A stretch of 64,000 bases of DNA, from positions 65,844,001-65,908,000 of the forward strand of contig NC_043005.1 in the NCBI RefSeq assembly GCF_006345805.1. The letters run 5' to 3'. Positions 61,447 through 64,000 of this stretch are shown here, in pieces. Made by a program: the position numbers and the translations under genes. The DNA comes from Octopus sinensis (lineage: Eukaryota). The first letter of the stretch is position 1; the number at the start of each line of letters is the position of its first letter. The notes below the pieces were generated by a model that saw only the letters and a list, made by a program, of their open reading frames with translations, ran no database searches and was not told the origin of the DNA.

Positions 61447-61996
61447 ACATATCCCCAACAAAGATGTCCTCAGGCAAGCAGGAATACCAAGCATGTTTGC
61501 ACTCCTCACACAAAGACGTATGAGATAACTTGGGCATGTTAGCCGTATGAAAGATGGCAGAATCCCCAAGGACATACTCTACGGAGAGCTTGCTAGGGGT
61601 ACTAGGTCTGTGGGTAGACCGCTCTTACGTTACAAGGATGTTTGCAAAAGGACATGAAGGCTTGCAACATCAATATCAGTGGTTGGGAGGCAGTTGCCGG
61701 CAACCGTGGAGACTGGCGACGTACCGTAAGAGAGGGAATACAAAGGAGTGACAGAGAGAGAGAGAGGAGAGATGGAAAGAAAAGAAAAGACGTCAACAAG
61801 AAACTATGGCATTACAACCAGCCAGGAACAGTCTTCACTACATTTGCGGTACCTGCCAGAGGGAGTGTTTGTCCAGGATAGGACTACACAGCCACAGCAA
61901 GAAATGTATCAGGACATGAAATGTAAAAGCCGGACTAGACTACTTTATGCGCAACTCCATTGTCTCCCGAGACAAAATGGATGCCAACAACAACCA
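61447..61996 (+). mobile_element. 5'-truncated RTE (BovB-like) 3' fragment nested in a family B SINE
   Basis: [21 protein letters not shown]...RYKDVCKR; TSD ATTTAAGT at 61439-61446 and 61997-62004; (CAA)n-like tail. Confidence 0.85.
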
Positions 61997-62699
61997 ATTT
62001 AAGTGTGTGTGTCTCTGTGTCTGTGTTTGTTTCCACCATCATCATTTTACAACCGATGTTGGTGTTTTTATGTCCCCATAACTTAACAGATTAAGTCCTA
62101 GGGTCAATTTCTTTTCTACTCGAGGCATAAGCCCTGAAATTTTGGGAGAGAGGGGCAGTCGATTAAATTGACCCTAGTACGCAACTGGTACTTAATTTAT
62201 TGACCCCAAAAGGATGAAAGGCAAAGTTGACCTCGGCGGAATTTGAACTCAGAACGTAAAGACAGACAAAATACTGCTAAGCATTTCACCCGACATGCTA
62301 TTGTTTCTGCCAGCTTGCCACCATAGTCCTGGGGTCAATTTTGTTGACTAAAACCCTTTAAAATGGTGCTCCAGCATAGCCGCAGTCAAATGATTAAAAC
62401 AAGTAAAAGAATAAAAACACTGAACAGAAATGATGAGGCTAAAACTCTGCAAAATAAATATTATTATTGCAACAACCTACCTAGAAATGCTACCGCTAGC
62501 GTGGTTATACATTATTATAGTACTTAGATGTAAACTAGATGGTCATTGGTTGTTAAATATCTCTGTCAAGGATATAATGCGATGTAAATGGTAAAATAGG
62601 ACTAGTTTAAGTGACTACCTAGTAGCATGCTTAACTGCTACCCTAATGCCTGTGTGTTTACTTTCTGCAAGCATCAGCCTGCAGAAAATACCTTTTAGA

Positions 62700-63990
62700 A
62701 ATTTGGTAGTGGTAACAGAAGTATAAGAAGTATTTACTATATTACTGTAAATGAGAGTTTTTTTATGGAGTTAGTTCTTTGACAGCAATAACTTGTGTAG
62801 GTTCTTCTAAATGTCTTCACCACTACCTCATTCTGGCTCACTGTCATCATTCTACTTTGTAATCAGATTACCTCATCAAGCTGATATCAAATATCTCAGC
62901 AAAATCTGCAGATCAGGAAGCAGCCTTTATGAAACCAGCAGCCTGTTGGTAGCTTTTGCAAAATCATCGGGAATTCTTGCAATTTTTCAGACTAATATTC
63001 TAGAAGATTCAATGATGGAATGAGAAAGATTGTTAAATGGGCCATGTGAAATTTTATGGAGAATAAGATCTTTCTTATCAAATGAGATAGAAGTGAAAAC
63101 AGCAGGAAAGAGAGAGAGATTAAGAAAGATAAAGTCTGCAAGTTGTTTGTTCCAACCCAGCTATGAAAGAAGTACTTTAAAAAGGAAATTTGCCTGTTGC
63201 TAACAAGCTAATAACATTTAAAATTAGCAACATATAACCCTCGAATGTTAGCAACACCAGATAGTCATCTTTGATGACACTAACAATACCAGCTAGTAAT
63301 TTTCAAAGATGAGAATTATTAGCCAGGTTTTGAAGATTAGCTAGGCCAGCTAATCCAAACAGATTAGCAATACTAGTTAATCACCAACCAAAATTCACCA
63401 CATCAGCTAATAGTCTACAGAAGTAAACGACACAAACTGATTGCCTTTGAACAACACTAGTTAATCCCCCACAAAGATCAGTTACTCAGTTACTGATGTT
63501 AATCTGGTTGACAAAAATGAGTAACAGCTTCAGAATTACAATCAATTAAAATTAGAATTATAGTGTAGTGAGATGAAAGCATTAGCTCAATGACTAAGTT
63601 AAATAACAAAACCAGAGATGATAATAGGTTTAAAGGTGAGGAGAAGATAGAAAATATTTATAGTGAGTTTATCTTTAAAGGATACCTGTAAGGAAGGTAG
63701 TAACTGGTGCAGTTAGTTCAAACAGAAAAGTGAGGGTATTGGTAAAGCAGTAATGCAAAAACTAAGGATTTAAGGCTGGTGCTAATTTCAGAGAAAGGTA
63801 AACTGAGCTAGTCAAGTAACTACTGAAATTTGGGAGCCAAATAGCAAAATGTAGATGCTTGAGGAGTTCAGAATTAACCTTGCTATGAAATGAAATTTTT
63901 GATATCAATGAAACTCTGGATATGCCCCCAAGTTTCATTACAATCAAGATTAAATCTTTTAAATACATCAATATATATCAGTATAGATCC
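62700..63990 (-). mobile_element. Very decayed CR1-group LINE remnant
   Basis: Only weak RT-like remnants on the minus strand (GFIKA..SAD). Confidence 0.35.
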
Positions 63991-64000
63991 AGGCATGACT

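Overview
AT-rich, microsatellite- and transposon-dense eukaryotic DNA. The SINE/LINE repertoire and repeat style suggest a coleoid cephalopod, probably Octopus (inference). Two host genes are recognisable. (1) Site-2 protease MBTPS2: exons 1-4 lie on + at 35330-60217, but two later exons lie on the - strand at 2909-3104 and 1666-1741, beyond a 100-N gap at 5360-5459. The gene is therefore split and inverted in this assembly. (2) SYAP1/Sap47: the first coding exon is on - at 12284-12794, head-to-head with MBTPS2. The rest is mobile DNA: two RTE LINE families (one with a PHD finger inside the RT, one with C-terminal C2H2 fingers), CR1-group LINEs, R4/Dong-like REL LINEs, Penelope-like elements, a DD41D Tc1/mariner, mariner, hAT, piggyBac- and pogo-like MITEs, a Helitron and at least four SINE-like families. 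The most unusual structure is a 291-bp near-perfect palindrome in MBTPS2 intron 1 (36382-36672). Each arm carries an imperfect hammerhead-ribozyme-like motif. Further minimal hammerhead-like relics occur at about 51.9 and 52.4 kb. All comparisons are by eye and from recalled family motifs; no searches were run, and TE boundaries are approximate unless TIRs or TSDs are quoted.
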